The notes below the pieces were generated by a model. The model saw only the letters and a list, made by a program, of their open reading frames with translations. It ran no database searches and was not told the origin of the DNA. Made by a program: the position numbers and the translations under genes. Of a stretch of 64,000 nucleotides of DNA, positions 10,559 to 20,101 are shown in pieces. Each line of letters opens with the position of its first letter. The first letter of the stretch is position 1. Source of the stretch: Candidatus Bathyarchaeota archaeon (lineage in GTDB: Archaea; Thermoproteota; Bathyarchaeia; Bathyarchaeales; Bathyarchaeaceae); the NCBI GenBank assembly GCA_963772765.1, contig CAVYYP010000013.1, positions 637,243 to 701,242 of the forward strand, read 5' to 3'.

Positions 10559-11629
10559 ATGTGTTGTGCAGCTTCAGACGATTACTTCACTGAACCCGCT
10601 GAGCCCCCCTCTTTTGAAAGCGTTCAAAACTTGGTTCAATCAGAATTTGAGGTGACCGAAAGCTACCTTGAACACAACATACCCACCTTTATAGTAAATC
10701 ATAACGAAAACTCAAAAGAAGCCTTCCTAACTCTCATGGACAGTCTTGACCGGCTGCAACTTCTTCCTCTTCTTAGACAAAAAAACGAAAAAAATATTCT
10801 GAGAATCGTTTCAAAGCCTCCAACACAGCCCAACCGCAACATAATCAACATTGCACTGCTAGGCATAACACTGGTAACCCTTTTCATTTCAGGATATTTT
10901 ATGTCACAAGAAATTCTGGGCGGGCTGATGTTCACTGGCGCAATAATGCTGATACTGGGAACCCACGAGATGGGACACAAACTATTAGCAAACAAACACG
11001 CCGTTGAAGCAACATACCCCTACTTTATTCCAGGACTTCCCTACCCCTACGGCATCGGAACATTTGGCGCGCTCATTCGCCAGAAAGCACTTCCCCCAAA
11101 CAAGGACGCCCTCTTTGACATAGGCTTCACCGGACCCCTAACAGGATTCATAATCGCTGTGATAGTAACAATAATCGGACTGCAAATCTCTGCTATTGCT
11201 CCACTAGACCCAACAGCTGACACCGCATCATATCTTCCTATTCCTCTAATGTTTCAAATAATCTTACTATTTGTTCACCCAAGCGGAACCGGAAACATAA
11301 TCATGCTGCATCCCGTCGCATTCGCTGGCTGGGTCGGGATGGTCGTCACTATGCTTAACCTTGTTCCTTCAGGAATGTTTGACGGCGGTCACGTAGCCCG
11401 AAGCCTATTGGGTAGCAGAGCACACAAATTTGTCTCCTATCTAGGAGTTGCATTACTAGCGATTGCAGGCTGGTGGCCAATGGCAGTATTGGCTCTATTC
11501 TTTTCTTCAGCAAATCATCCAGGTCCTCTGGACGATGTGTCAAAACTTACAACAAGCAGAAAAATTGGCGCCATCATACTCGCTGCAATATTTGTTCTCT
11601 CAATTGTACCTATTGGATTATCCTTCTAG
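10559..11629 (+). CDS. site-2 protease family (M50) membrane metalloprotease
   Basis: Contains the HEMGH zinc motif and NLVPSGMFDGGH (the NxxPxxxxDG motif), with multiple hydrophobic segments. Confidence 0.8.
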   Translation: MCCAASDDYFTEPAEPPSFESVQNLVQSEFEVTESYLEHNIPTFIVNHNENSKEAFLTLMDSLDRLQLLPLLRQKNEKNILRIVSKPPTQPNRNIINIALLGITLVTLFISGYFMSQEILGGLMFTGAIMLILGTHEMGHKLLANKHAVEATYPYFIPGLPYPYGIGTFGALIRQKALPPNKDALFDIGFTGPLTGFIIAVIVTIIGLQISAIAPLDPTADTASYLPIPLMFQIILLFVHPSGTGNIIMLHPVAFAGWVGMVVTMLNLVPSGMFDGGHVARSLLGSRAHKFVSYLGVALLAIAGWWPMAVLALFFSSANHPGPLDDVSKLTTSRKIGAIILAAIFVLSIVPIGLSF

Positions 11630-12598
11630 GCGCTGTATCTCGGGAATAACTTTCCTTGCAAAAAGCCGAAGTCCATCCAAGTCTGGAAAATCGCCAAAAT
11701 ACAACATAAAATAGGTCACACCAACATCCACATACTGGCGCAGCAGTTTGACACATTCTTTGGGATTGCCTACAAAACTGGTTTGAATAAAATCTTCCCA
11801 ACTGACGCCCTCATGAACACATCTAAGAGCTTTCTCTTTGAGTTCCTTTTTGTCTTCTCCAATGAAAATCTGTCCCGTAGGCCAGCATGATTTCTCAATA
11901 TCATCAAAACTCCTGCCCACGGACTTGCAATGATTCTCTAGTACCCTCAATTTGCGGTTATATTCTTCCAGTGATGGTACGTAGCCCCAGTCGAGTCTGT
12001 TTGCATGCTTGGCAGTTACTTTTAGTGTGAGTTGTTCTCCTCCGCCCCCAATAACGATGGGTGGATGCGGCTTCTGGACAGGTTTTGGTTCACATACAGC
12101 GTCACGTATCTGGTAGTGTTTTCCGCTGTAGCTTGCTTTTTGTTCTGTCCACATCTTTTTTATGATTTCAACTGCCTCATTTAGCCGTTCTACTCTGCCC
12201 TTTGGCGAAAGAAAAGGATATCCATAGGCGGTGTGCTCGTTTTCTTGGACTCCTGCTCCGATTCCTAGTTCCAGTCTTCCATCTGAAATGTTGTCTAGGC
12301 TTGTAGCCATTTTAGCAAGCAGTGAAGGGTTTCGGAAGGAGTTGCAGGTTACCATTGTGCCTAATCTTATGGTCTTGGTCTGCTTTGACAGCGCAGAAAG
12401 AGTAGTCCAGGATTCTAGAATAGGCATGTCTTGTAGCATTAGATGGTCGTCTAGCCAAACTGATGTGTAGTCATGTTTTTCGCATTCTTGGACGGATTCT
12501 TGGAGGCGATTAAATATTTGTGTGCCGTTTTTTTCGTTTCTGAATGTGTAGCAAGGAAAAAACACTCCAAATCCTATTCTGTTTGGCATCCACAACAA
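11618..12598 (-). CDS. LLM-class (luciferase-like) flavin/F420-dependent oxidoreductase
   Basis: 326 aa. The pattern SVWLDDHLM...LGTMVTCNSFRNPSLLAKMATSLDNISDGRLELGIGAG is typical of the luciferase-like monooxygenase fold. Confidence 0.7.
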   Translation of the reverse strand: MLWMPNRIGFGVFFPCYTFRNEKNGTQIFNRLQESVQECEKHDYTSVWLDDHLMLQDMPILESWTTLSALSKQTKTIRLGTMVTCNSFRNPSLLAKMATSLDNISDGRLELGIGAGVQENEHTAYGYPFLSPKGRVERLNEAVEIIKKMWTEQKASYSGKHYQIRDAVCEPKPVQKPHPPIVIGGGGEQLTLKVTAKHANRLDWGYVPSLEEYNRKLRVLENHCKSVGRSFDDIEKSCWPTGQIFIGEDKKELKEKALRCVHEGVSWEDFIQTSFVGNPKECVKLLRQYVDVGVTYFMLYFGDFPDLDGLRLFARKVIPEIQRLEG

Positions 12599-12646
12599 AC
12601 CCTTTGATTTTTAGTTGTCGTTAAAAGCTAATATAGATAATCATTC

Positions 12647-13252
12647 ATGCTAGAGTTGGGGAATGTTTTCATGAAGTTTTGGCCACAAACGAAATGGAAA
12701 AAAATCTTGCTAATTGCAATACTAATTTTTATCATAGCAATAGTAGGTGTTGTGGGCGCTATTCTTTTTAAGATTCATAATGATTTCACAAGCGAAATTG
12801 ATGTTTTGAACCCTGAAGGCACAAAAACCGCTCTGGTCATCTATCATCCAGGTTTGGCATCATTCCAGCACGATACAACATATGCCTTTGCGGATGGGCT
12901 AGTAGAGAATGGCTGGAAAGTGGAAATCACAACTCCCAGTTCAGAGGCTCCAACCGACCTATCAGGTTACTCGCTTCTTGTTTTGGGTTCACCTGTTTAT
13001 GCAGGTTCTCCAGCTCCGACTCTGCAGAGGCACCTTGAACGAATAGGCGACCTAAATGGACTTGACACTGTTTTAATTGTTACTTCAGGAGGCAGTGATG
13101 GTGAAGCCGAAGCAACACTGCAGCAGGCTGTCGAAGACCATGATGGCAATGTTGTGCTTGTTTTGTCTCTGTATACGAGCACTCCAAATGACGGCGACCC
13201 ATTGACTATTGCTGAGCAAGCTGGAAGAGACCTAATAATTGCAAAAAAGTAG
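12647..13252 (+). CDS. membrane-anchored flavodoxin-like protein
   Basis: Has an N-terminal TM helix followed by the flavodoxin-like stretch LVLGSPVYAGSPAPTLQRHLERI. Confidence 0.5.
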   Translation: MLELGNVFMKFWPQTKWKKILLIAILIFIIAIVGVVGAILFKIHNDFTSEIDVLNPEGTKTALVIYHPGLASFQHDTTYAFADGLVENGWKVEITTPSSEAPTDLSGYSLLVLGSPVYAGSPAPTLQRHLERIGDLNGLDTVLIVTSGGSDGEAEATLQQAVEDHDGNVVLVLSLYTSTPNDGDPLTIAEQAGRDLIIAKK

Positions 13253-13757
13253 CATCCCCTGGGTAATCACAGCTCTTAGAGTAGTTGTCCTACCCTTTCT
13301 CATTTTCTCATTTGTTCTCGGATTCACTCTGGTATCGTATGCTTTGTTTCTCTTTGCCATTCTCACAGACTTTCTGGACGGCTACTATGCCAAAAAGTTT
13401 CATTTGGCTTCCAAGCTTGGAGCATATTTTGATGTAACTGCTGATTTTCTTTTTGTTTCTGTAATGTTGTCTGTCTTTGTCTTTGAAGGCTTTTATCCGC
13501 TGTGGCTTCTCGTGCTTGTAGCGTTTGTTTTTGTGCAGTTTATTTTGACAAATATTGTTTCTCGTCAGGCAGTTTATGATCCTGTTGGAAAATATTATGG
13601 CAGCTTAATGTATGGTGCAGTAGGATTGACGCTGCTTTTTCAGGAACAGCTACTCTACAACATAGTTATTGTGGGAATAGTTGTTTCTTCTGCTGCCTGC
13701 CTTGTTAGTCGTGCATACTTTTTGTTTCTCGCAAAACGTTACAGGACTGCGATGTAG
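13239..13757 (+). CDS. CDP-alcohol phosphatidyltransferase family protein
   Basis: DFLDGYYAKKFHLASKLGAYFDVTADFL matches the DG(x2)A(R/K)(x8)G(x3)D(x3)D signature. The protein is polytopic. Confidence 0.75.
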   Translation: MQKSSIPWVITALRVVVLPFLIFSFVLGFTLVSYALFLFAILTDFLDGYYAKKFHLASKLGAYFDVTADFLFVSVMLSVFVFEGFYPLWLLVLVAFVFVQFILTNIVSRQAVYDPVGKYYGSLMYGAVGLTLLFQEQLLYNIVIVGIVVSSAACLVSRAYFLFLAKRYRTAM

Positions 13758-16700
13758 ATTTTCTTTTTGTCCAGCTTGTCTTGGTGCCATTCAGTGCCTA
13801 CTTTAGTTTGGCTGTCGTGGACATGGATTTTTTTGGTGCGTACGAGTGCTTCCATTTCGTTGATGTATGGTTTTAGCAGTTTGATGTTTTCTGGTTCCAG
13901 TTCTGCGATGTGAACTGCGTCAACGATGTCGGTTGGCGAGAAGCCGAGGTCTTTTCGTAGGGCTTGGACGCGTCTTGCTAGGTCACGCATTAGGCCTTCG
14001 CCTTCAAGTTTGTCGGTTCGTATCTTGTCAACTAAAACCTGTGTTGTGTCTTCAGAAGCAATTGCCCATTTTTTGTCGTCTATTTTTGGGGCTTTTTCTG
14101 TGTATTCTGCTGTTTTGATGTTTGCGAGCTCAAGGAATAGTGGTTCCAGCTTCTTGATTGCATCTTGAACATTTTTTGGTGCAAAGACAATGACTTTGGC
14201 TAGTGGCCATCTTCGTTTTAGCTGTGCGTCCTGTCTTGCAGAATAGACTATTGGGAGTGTTTTTAGTAGTATTTCGAACTCTTCTTCTAGTGCTTTGTCT
14301 TCGAGGTTTTTGTCTGGTGTTGGCCAGCTGTGCAGGTTTACTGTTTCTGGTAATGAGTTGTCGAGTTCTTTGAAGACTGTCTGGTATAGTGCTTCGCTGA
14401 TGAATGGTGTTGCGGGGTTAGAGAGTAGAACCAGCGTTTTTAGCGTGTACCATAGGGTGGAGTAGACTGCGAGTCTTCGGTTTAGTGTTTCTGGGTCGTC
14501 GCTCCACAGGTCTTTTCTGATCATGGGAACGTATTCACGGCTTAGGATGTTGACGATAAAGTCTTCTAGTTTGGATAATGCAAAATTGAATTCGCACTCT
14601 TCCGCTTTCTTTGTGAAGTCTCTTATTAGACCCTGCAGCCTTGACAGCAGCCACTTGTCTGGGTCGCTTAGCAATTTTTGTTTTGTTGCCCAGTCCAGTG
14701 TGTGTGTTTTTGGGTCGAAGTTGTCGTATTTTGCGTTTTGCATGAAGAAGTTGTGAAGGTGATAAAGGGTGCTGAGTACCTGGTATGGTCTGCCTTTGAG
14801 TTCGTTTGGGTCAAAGTTCATGGAGTCGATTGGTGAGCATTTCCACAGGAAGTAGAATCTGGAGATGTCTGCTGAACGCTCTTGAAGCAGCTTGTTTATT
14901 TCGAGCACGTTTCCTAGGCTTTTGCTCATTTTTCTGCCTTTTGCGTCTAATACGAAGCCTTGGAATAGGAATTCTTCGTATGGTGCTTGGGCTTTTCCTG
15001 TAAGTATTACATTTTCGAGGAGGAGCGAGTTTGCCCAGCCTCTGGTCTGGTCTACTGCTTCGGTTAGGAAGTTGGTTGGTACAAATTTTTTGAATTGTTC
15101 GTCTGTGAACCGTGCGTATGGTGAGGCTCCGCTGTTGTGCCAGACGTCTAAAACAAATGATTCTCGTGTCATTTTGCCTCCGCATTCTTCGCATTTGAGT
15201 ATGACGCGGTCTATCCATGGTTTGTGGAGTTCAAAGTCTTTTCCGGGCAGTTCTATGGCTTTTTCTATCAGCTCTTTTTTGGTTGCTACCAGTGTTTTGG
15301 CTCCGCATGTTTCGCAGACCCATATGGGCAGGGGTGAGCCCCAGATTCTGTCTCTTGAGATGCACCATGGTTTTCCTTCTTTTAGGAAGGCAAAGAACCT
15401 GTTTTTGGGGCTGTCATAGAAGTATTTGACTTTGTTTGCGGCTTCCATGACTTTCTTGTTGATTTTGTTTGACCAGATGAAATATTCTCGGCGTGCCATC
15501 CAAACCAGTTTGTGATGAGAGCGCCAGCATGTAGGATATTCGTGTTTGACTTTGCCTATTTTAAGCAAAAGCCCCCTGTTTTCCAGCTCCTCTACGACCA
15601 TGCTGTCTGTTTTTCTTACAAAATATCCCGCAAACTTGCCTGCCTCTTCAGTAAACATTGCCTGCTCATCAAAGGGAGCAAACATGGGCAAGTCCCGTTT
15701 TTGTGCGGCCGCATAGTCGTCTTCGCCGTTTGCTGGGGCAAGATGAACGATTCCAGTGGCGGTTGTCATGTCAACAAAATCTTCAGCCACCACCGTGTGA
15801 ATCAGGGGATGCTGGTCTAGTTCTGCCTGTTTGGGAATCAAATCCTTCAGGGGATAGTCGTATTTTAGTCCGACCAGCTCTTTGCCCTTCATGACTTTGA
15901 CGATTTCGTAGTCGTCTATTTCCAGTTCCTGCATGATTGGCTCGATTCGAGCTTTGGCTAGTATCCATGTTTCGTTTCCTACTTTGACTTTGGCGTAGTC
16001 TTCTTTGGGATTGACGCCAAGGATAAGGTCTGTTATTATTGTGAATGGCATGGTTGTCCAGACGATGAAGTATTCGTTTTCTTTTCCTTGCACTTGGAAT
16101 TTGAAGTGCATGGATGGGTCTTCTACTTCTTTGTATCCGAGCCCGACTTCGGCGTTGCTAAGTGAGGTTTGGCAGTGGGGGCAGTATGCGACGACGTAGT
16201 GTCCTTCGCCTAGGAGGTTTTGTTCCCATGCGCGTTTAAGGTACTGCCACTCCCGTTCGATGTATTTGTCTTCGTGGGTGTAGTATGCTTTTTCGTGGTT
16301 GATGAACATGCCAAGCATTTTGTCGCCCTTTACCCACTCGCTGTGGTATTTCATGATGCTCTTTTTGCATTCTTCAACAAACACTTCTTCGCCTACTCTG
16401 GCGATCAGTTCTTTCTTGTTTTTTGCTCCCAGAGTCTTTTCGACTTCCAGCTCTACAGGTAAGCCTTGAGTGTCCCAGCCTGCCCAGAAAGAAACATAAT
16501 AGTTCTGCATGGTTTTGAGGCGATAATGAAAATCTTTGATGACTCTGCCTCTTGCATGCCCAACATGCGGAATGCCGTTCATGGTTGGGGGTCCTTCCAC
16601 GTAGCCTAGCATGCCTATGTTGTTTTTTTCTCTATTTTCTTCAAGTTTTTTAGGGGTTTGGTTTTTTTCCCAAAATGCACGAACTTCAGATTCAAGCTCG

Positions 16701-16759
16701 AGCGGGCTATACCTTTGGGTCAACGAAAGTTTAGAATTAGCCTTGAATTTCGCGGTCAC
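13739..16759 (-). CDS. ileS: isoleucine--tRNA ligase
   Basis: 1006 aa. Contains the HIGH-type motif PHVGHARG, KMSKS, and editing-domain and zinc-knuckle Cys pairs (CPHC, CETCG, CEECG). Confidence 0.95.
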   Translation of the reverse strand: MTAKFKANSKLSLTQRYSPLELESEVRAFWEKNQTPKKLEENREKNNIGMLGYVEGPPTMNGIPHVGHARGRVIKDFHYRLKTMQNYYVSFWAGWDTQGLPVELEVEKTLGAKNKKELIARVGEEVFVEECKKSIMKYHSEWVKGDKMLGMFINHEKAYYTHEDKYIEREWQYLKRAWEQNLLGEGHYVVAYCPHCQTSLSNAEVGLGYKEVEDPSMHFKFQVQGKENEYFIVWTTMPFTIITDLILGVNPKEDYAKVKVGNETWILAKARIEPIMQELEIDDYEIVKVMKGKELVGLKYDYPLKDLIPKQAELDQHPLIHTVVAEDFVDMTTATGIVHLAPANGEDDYAAAQKRDLPMFAPFDEQAMFTEEAGKFAGYFVRKTDSMVVEELENRGLLLKIGKVKHEYPTCWRSHHKLVWMARREYFIWSNKINKKVMEAANKVKYFYDSPKNRFFAFLKEGKPWCISRDRIWGSPLPIWVCETCGAKTLVATKKELIEKAIELPGKDFELHKPWIDRVILKCEECGGKMTRESFVLDVWHNSGASPYARFTDEQFKKFVPTNFLTEAVDQTRGWANSLLLENVILTGKAQAPYEEFLFQGFVLDAKGRKMSKSLGNVLEINKLLQERSADISRFYFLWKCSPIDSMNFDPNELKGRPYQVLSTLYHLHNFFMQNAKYDNFDPKTHTLDWATKQKLLSDPDKWLLSRLQGLIRDFTKKAEECEFNFALSKLEDFIVNILSREYVPMIRKDLWSDDPETLNRRLAVYSTLWYTLKTLVLLSNPATPFISEALYQTVFKELDNSLPETVNLHSWPTPDKNLEDKALEEEFEILLKTLPIVYSARQDAQLKRRWPLAKVIVFAPKNVQDAIKKLEPLFLELANIKTAEYTEKAPKIDDKKWAIASEDTTQVLVDKIRTDKLEGEGLMRDLARRVQALRKDLGFSPTDIVDAVHIAELEPENIKLLKPYINEMEALVRTKKIHVHDSQTKVGTEWHQDKLDKKKIYIAVL

Positions 16760-16871
16760 CGCTCATCCACGACACCAGATTAAAACCTCCAATAACAGAC
16801 CATAAATATAAATCTTAAGCACTCAAGCTCTATCTACATTCATGTGAACATTTTTTCCTGAAAGTGTGCTA

Positions 16872-16960
16872 CGCTGCAGTTTTCTGAAAAAAGCTGTTTT
16901 TCAACAATGAAACTACTATTTGTATCCTAATAGGCTCCAAATAGGTAGCACGGAATTGTG
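16872..16960 (+). repeat. copy A of a ~90-bp non-coding element; the inverted copy is at 62821-62909
   Basis: By-eye alignment with the reverse complement of 62821-62909 shows blocks CGC(T/A)GC..TGAAAAA..CTGTTTT(T)CAACA and an identical 20-mer CCTAATAGGCTCCAAATAGG. Confidence 0.6.
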
Positions 16961-17133
16961 AACTTTTAGGGGGTATGAGGCTTAACTTCGATGTCGTAGG
17001 AGAAGACAGATGAAAATAATGGACAGTTATTAGCTGTTGATTATTTTCATATCGATGTTATGTCTCATTTTTCCCCTTGATGATGCTAATCGGAATCTAA
17101 TTCCAATTAACGAAAATAAATAAAGGGTTAAAG

Positions 17134-17212
17134 CAGTTAAAGATTGGTTAGGTACCTTTGTAGGTACCTTACAGTTAAAGATTGGATTGGTTAGGTACAT
17201 TTGTAGGTACCT
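17134..17212 (+). promoter_or_regulatory. tandem 36/41-bp direct repeat (operator/promoter-like) upstream of the TrmB-like gene
   Basis: The two copies are CAGTTAAAGATTGG(ATTGG)TTAGGTAC(C/A)TTTGTAGGTACCT at 17134-17169 and 17172-17212. The second ends 18 nt before the ATG at 17230. Each copy contains AGGTAC(C/A)-N5-AGGTACC. Confidence 0.55.
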
Positions 17213-17229
17213 GCTTTAGGGGTTAATGT

Positions 17230-19272
17230 ATGGCGCGAATGACACTAGAAGATACTCTGAAAACTTTTGGGTTAACTGATAAGGAAACTGAAGTCTACAT
17301 TTATCTCGCTAAGCAAGGGGTTCAGAAGACAAGTCAAATTGCCAAAGCTTTGAAAGCAAATAAGGGATTAGTCTATCGAATCTTAAAGAGTCTAGAACAA
17401 AAAGAGCTTGTTGAAATCACTCTCGAATCTCCTAGTCGCTATATTGCGGTTCCATTTGAAAGAATAATTGACAACTATATCCAATCAAAGCGAGAAGAAG
17501 CAACTCGTATTGAAGATACAAAACAGGATTTGCTTTCTGATTGGAAACAGATTGGTCAATCAGAGTTTGAGCCTCCGCTGGAAAGATTTTCTGTGATTGA
17601 AGGGGAAAGAAAGGTTTTTCATAAAATATCTCTGATGGTCCAGGAAACGAGAGAAGAATTTGTTTCAATTGCGACAACTAATGGATTGCTTTTAGCTGAA
17701 AAATATGGTGTTTTAGATAATATACTAAATCTTCCGTCTAATTCGGGGATAAAATTTAGGTATGTAACTAATGTGAATGAGGATAATCTGGATTCAGTCA
17801 AATTTGTGTTGGGGAAACTTAATTCAGTTTTTTCTTTGAAGGGAAAAAAACCAGATTTGCAGAACAATATTTTTCCTAGATTTGTAATTAGAGACAATGA
17901 AGAAATTTTGCTTTTTATCAGTAGTCAACACCAGATGAATTCTACGCCTTCTGTAGATACTGCTTTATGCACTAACTGCAAATCAATTATTCAATCATTT
18001 TATGGCTTTTTCGAAGATGTTTGGAGCAAGTCCTCAGATATAGAGGATGCTATTCAAGAAATCGAAAATGGGATACAACCAGCAATTATGGATTTGATAA
18101 AAGATTCCAGTGCTGCCAAAACGATGTATTATGATGCCTTAAATGGTGCAAAACGTGACATTTTGATTGTTTCTTCATCTAACGGGCTTTTTGAAATTGA
18201 AAAAGACATCGATTTATTGAAGAATTGGTGCAAAAAGGGGATTTCAGTAAAAATAATGGCGCCAATTATAAACGAGAATCTAAATGTTACGCACAGATTG
18301 TTGGAATTTTGTGAAGTAAGACACATACCAGTAGATTATAGAGAAATTACAATTATTGACAGTCAACAGCTCTTCCAATTCAATGATCCCGCCTTAATTA
18401 ATGCTGGTGACGAAACCCAAAAATTTCAGAATGTATTTTTCACTACGAACTCCGAGTATATTGAAGATTCAAAAAGAATATTGTTTGATGTTTGGAGACT
18501 AACACACACTCCTTCATTTGAAACTCTTCGACAGATTTCAGACCCCTTTGTCACACCACCTAAAAGAGAAAAATCTATAGAACATGCTACTGCTTTCATG
18601 AAAAACCTAACCTGTAACATGCAGTCCAAAATTTCTGAACAAATTGTCCATAATAAAATCAGTGAAGAAAAGAAAAATTTCTCAAAAGATTACAAAGACT
18701 GGAATAGTACAATAAAGTATTTTGGCAGTAGAGCTTTCGCACGAATACACGCTTCTAAAACTCTTGGGCTGCCCGATATGATACTCCTATTTTTCAAAAT
18801 AGATGACATTTCGAGTTTTGGAGCGGAAAAATGGGTAGCTGTAAATGTGTTAGATAAAGAAACAAAGGGCGCAAATTATGTTCCAGTTGCTTTTGTTCAA
18901 GATAACCCGGGCATGATAGATTTAAGAAAGGAGATTTTTAGAGGCTTCCCCGCTGAAAATAATGTTATTGTCTTTAACAAGGACCAAATTCAACTTCAAA
19001 TGAAAGGCAACACATTCTATGCTGGTTGGACTAAACCGATTTCGCTTGGAGATTTGTATGAGCCATTGCCGCCTTCATATCTTCTTTTTGAGGGCTATGG
19101 AGAAATAAAGCCAGGTGTATTCACTAACTGTGTTCCTTCTGGCAGAAAACAAGAACTTTGGTACAATTCACTGGATTCTTTTGTAACAATATATAACCCT
19201 CAATTGAATTATGTAGGTTCTGGAACCGAGTCATTTATAGAAAGAGAGACCCTGATGATTTCGCGCGCATAG
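17230..19272 (+). CDS. TrmB-family transcriptional regulator with a long uncharacterised C-terminal extension
   Basis: The N-terminus LKTFGLTDKETEVYIYLAKQGVQKTSQIAKALKANKGLVYRILKSLEQKELVE...SRYIAVP is a TrmB HTH. Total length is 680 aa. The last ~240 aa have no motif I recognise. Confidence 0.7.
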   Translation: MARMTLEDTLKTFGLTDKETEVYIYLAKQGVQKTSQIAKALKANKGLVYRILKSLEQKELVEITLESPSRYIAVPFERIIDNYIQSKREEATRIEDTKQDLLSDWKQIGQSEFEPPLERFSVIEGERKVFHKISLMVQETREEFVSIATTNGLLLAEKYGVLDNILNLPSNSGIKFRYVTNVNEDNLDSVKFVLGKLNSVFSLKGKKPDLQNNIFPRFVIRDNEEILLFISSQHQMNSTPSVDTALCTNCKSIIQSFYGFFEDVWSKSSDIEDAIQEIENGIQPAIMDLIKDSSAAKTMYYDALNGAKRDILIVSSSNGLFEIEKDIDLLKNWCKKGISVKIMAPIINENLNVTHRLLEFCEVRHIPVDYREITIIDSQQLFQFNDPALINAGDETQKFQNVFFTTNSEYIEDSKRILFDVWRLTHTPSFETLRQISDPFVTPPKREKSIEHATAFMKNLTCNMQSKISEQIVHNKISEEKKNFSKDYKDWNSTIKYFGSRAFARIHASKTLGLPDMILLFFKIDDISSFGAEKWVAVNVLDKETKGANYVPVAFVQDNPGMIDLRKEIFRGFPAENNVIVFNKDQIQLQMKGNTFYAGWTKPISLGDLYEPLPPSYLLFEGYGEIKPGVFTNCVPSGRKQELWYNSLDSFVTIYNPQLNYVGSGTESFIERETLMISRA

Positions 19273-19296
19273 ACAAAAATTTCTCGAAGGTTTTAG

Positions 19297-19857
19297 TTAA
19301 TCAGCTCTTCGATTTGATATTATATCATAGATTTTAAATCCCAAGTATCCACCTGCAGCCGATTCAATTATGATGACTGGTAACATCATCAAAAATATTC
19401 CAACAAATGTTGATGCATATTCTGGAGAGTAAAACACCGGATATGTTGCGAGCCTAAGTATTCCGTCAATAATGAAATTTTCTAGTGAAAAAACAATTGC
19501 AGCCCACATCAACTTGTTTTTTCTTTTAAAAAAAGGATAAACCGTGTTCATGATAATGTCAAGCTGTAAGGCATTTAGGATAAGCGGTATTCTAGGCAAT
19601 ATGTTGAATGGTGTTCCCATTGCGGATGTGGGCATTGTCAGAAGACCAAACAAAGTTATGGTGAATAAAAGTCTCCATCTTTTTCCTTCAAAAAGCAGGA
19701 ACGCTATGCTGTTCCAAATGGCTTGTCCAATAACAAATAGATAATTGGAACCAGGTATTCCTGAAAATAAGAAGCCTATTTGAAAAACCAAAGCGGTATA
19801 CACAAAACCTGTTACAGCCAGTGTGATTATTAGAGCAATATCTCTGCTATTCCACAA
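19297..19857 (-). CDS. polytopic membrane protein (function unknown)
   Basis: 186 aa with about 5-6 hydrophobic segments. No catalytic motif seen. Confidence 0.45.
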   Translation of the reverse strand: MWNSRDIALIITLAVTGFVYTALVFQIGFLFSGIPGSNYLFVIGQAIWNSIAFLLFEGKRWRLLFTITLFGLLTMPTSAMGTPFNILPRIPLILNALQLDIIMNTVYPFFKRKNKLMWAAIVFSLENFIIDGILRLATYPVFYSPEYASTFVGIFLMMLPVIIIESAAGGYLGFKIYDIISNRRAD

Positions 19858-20039
19858 CTTAGCAATGCCCCAGTGGGTTTTCCAATGGTTAATGTATGAA
19901 AATTTAATTTTTCCGATTCACACACACCAGAAAATATTGTTAAAAATTCTGGATTGTGCTCCAGCATACTTTTACTTCCAGCTCAATTGGTGTGAATGTA
20001 TAGAAACAACTGGTAATCTGAGTTTATTATTCTCTGGCC

Positions 20040-20086
20040 AAAAAATTAAGAAAAAATAGAGAGGCGCTAACACAAATTGTGTTAGC
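20040..20086 (-). terminator. hairpin plus T-tract downstream of the repeat-protein gene
   Basis: A perfect 10-bp inverted repeat GCTAACACAA-A-TTGTGTTAGC lies at 20066-20086. On the minus strand it is followed by CTCTCTATTTTTTCTTAATTTTTT. Confidence 0.45.
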
Positions 20087-20101
20087 AACAATTAGTTATT
20101 G

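Noticed and set aside
17070-17095. Possible C/D-box sRNA (TTGATGATGC)
   Set aside because: The C-box match is imperfect, and no CUGA D box lies at a suitable distance downstream.
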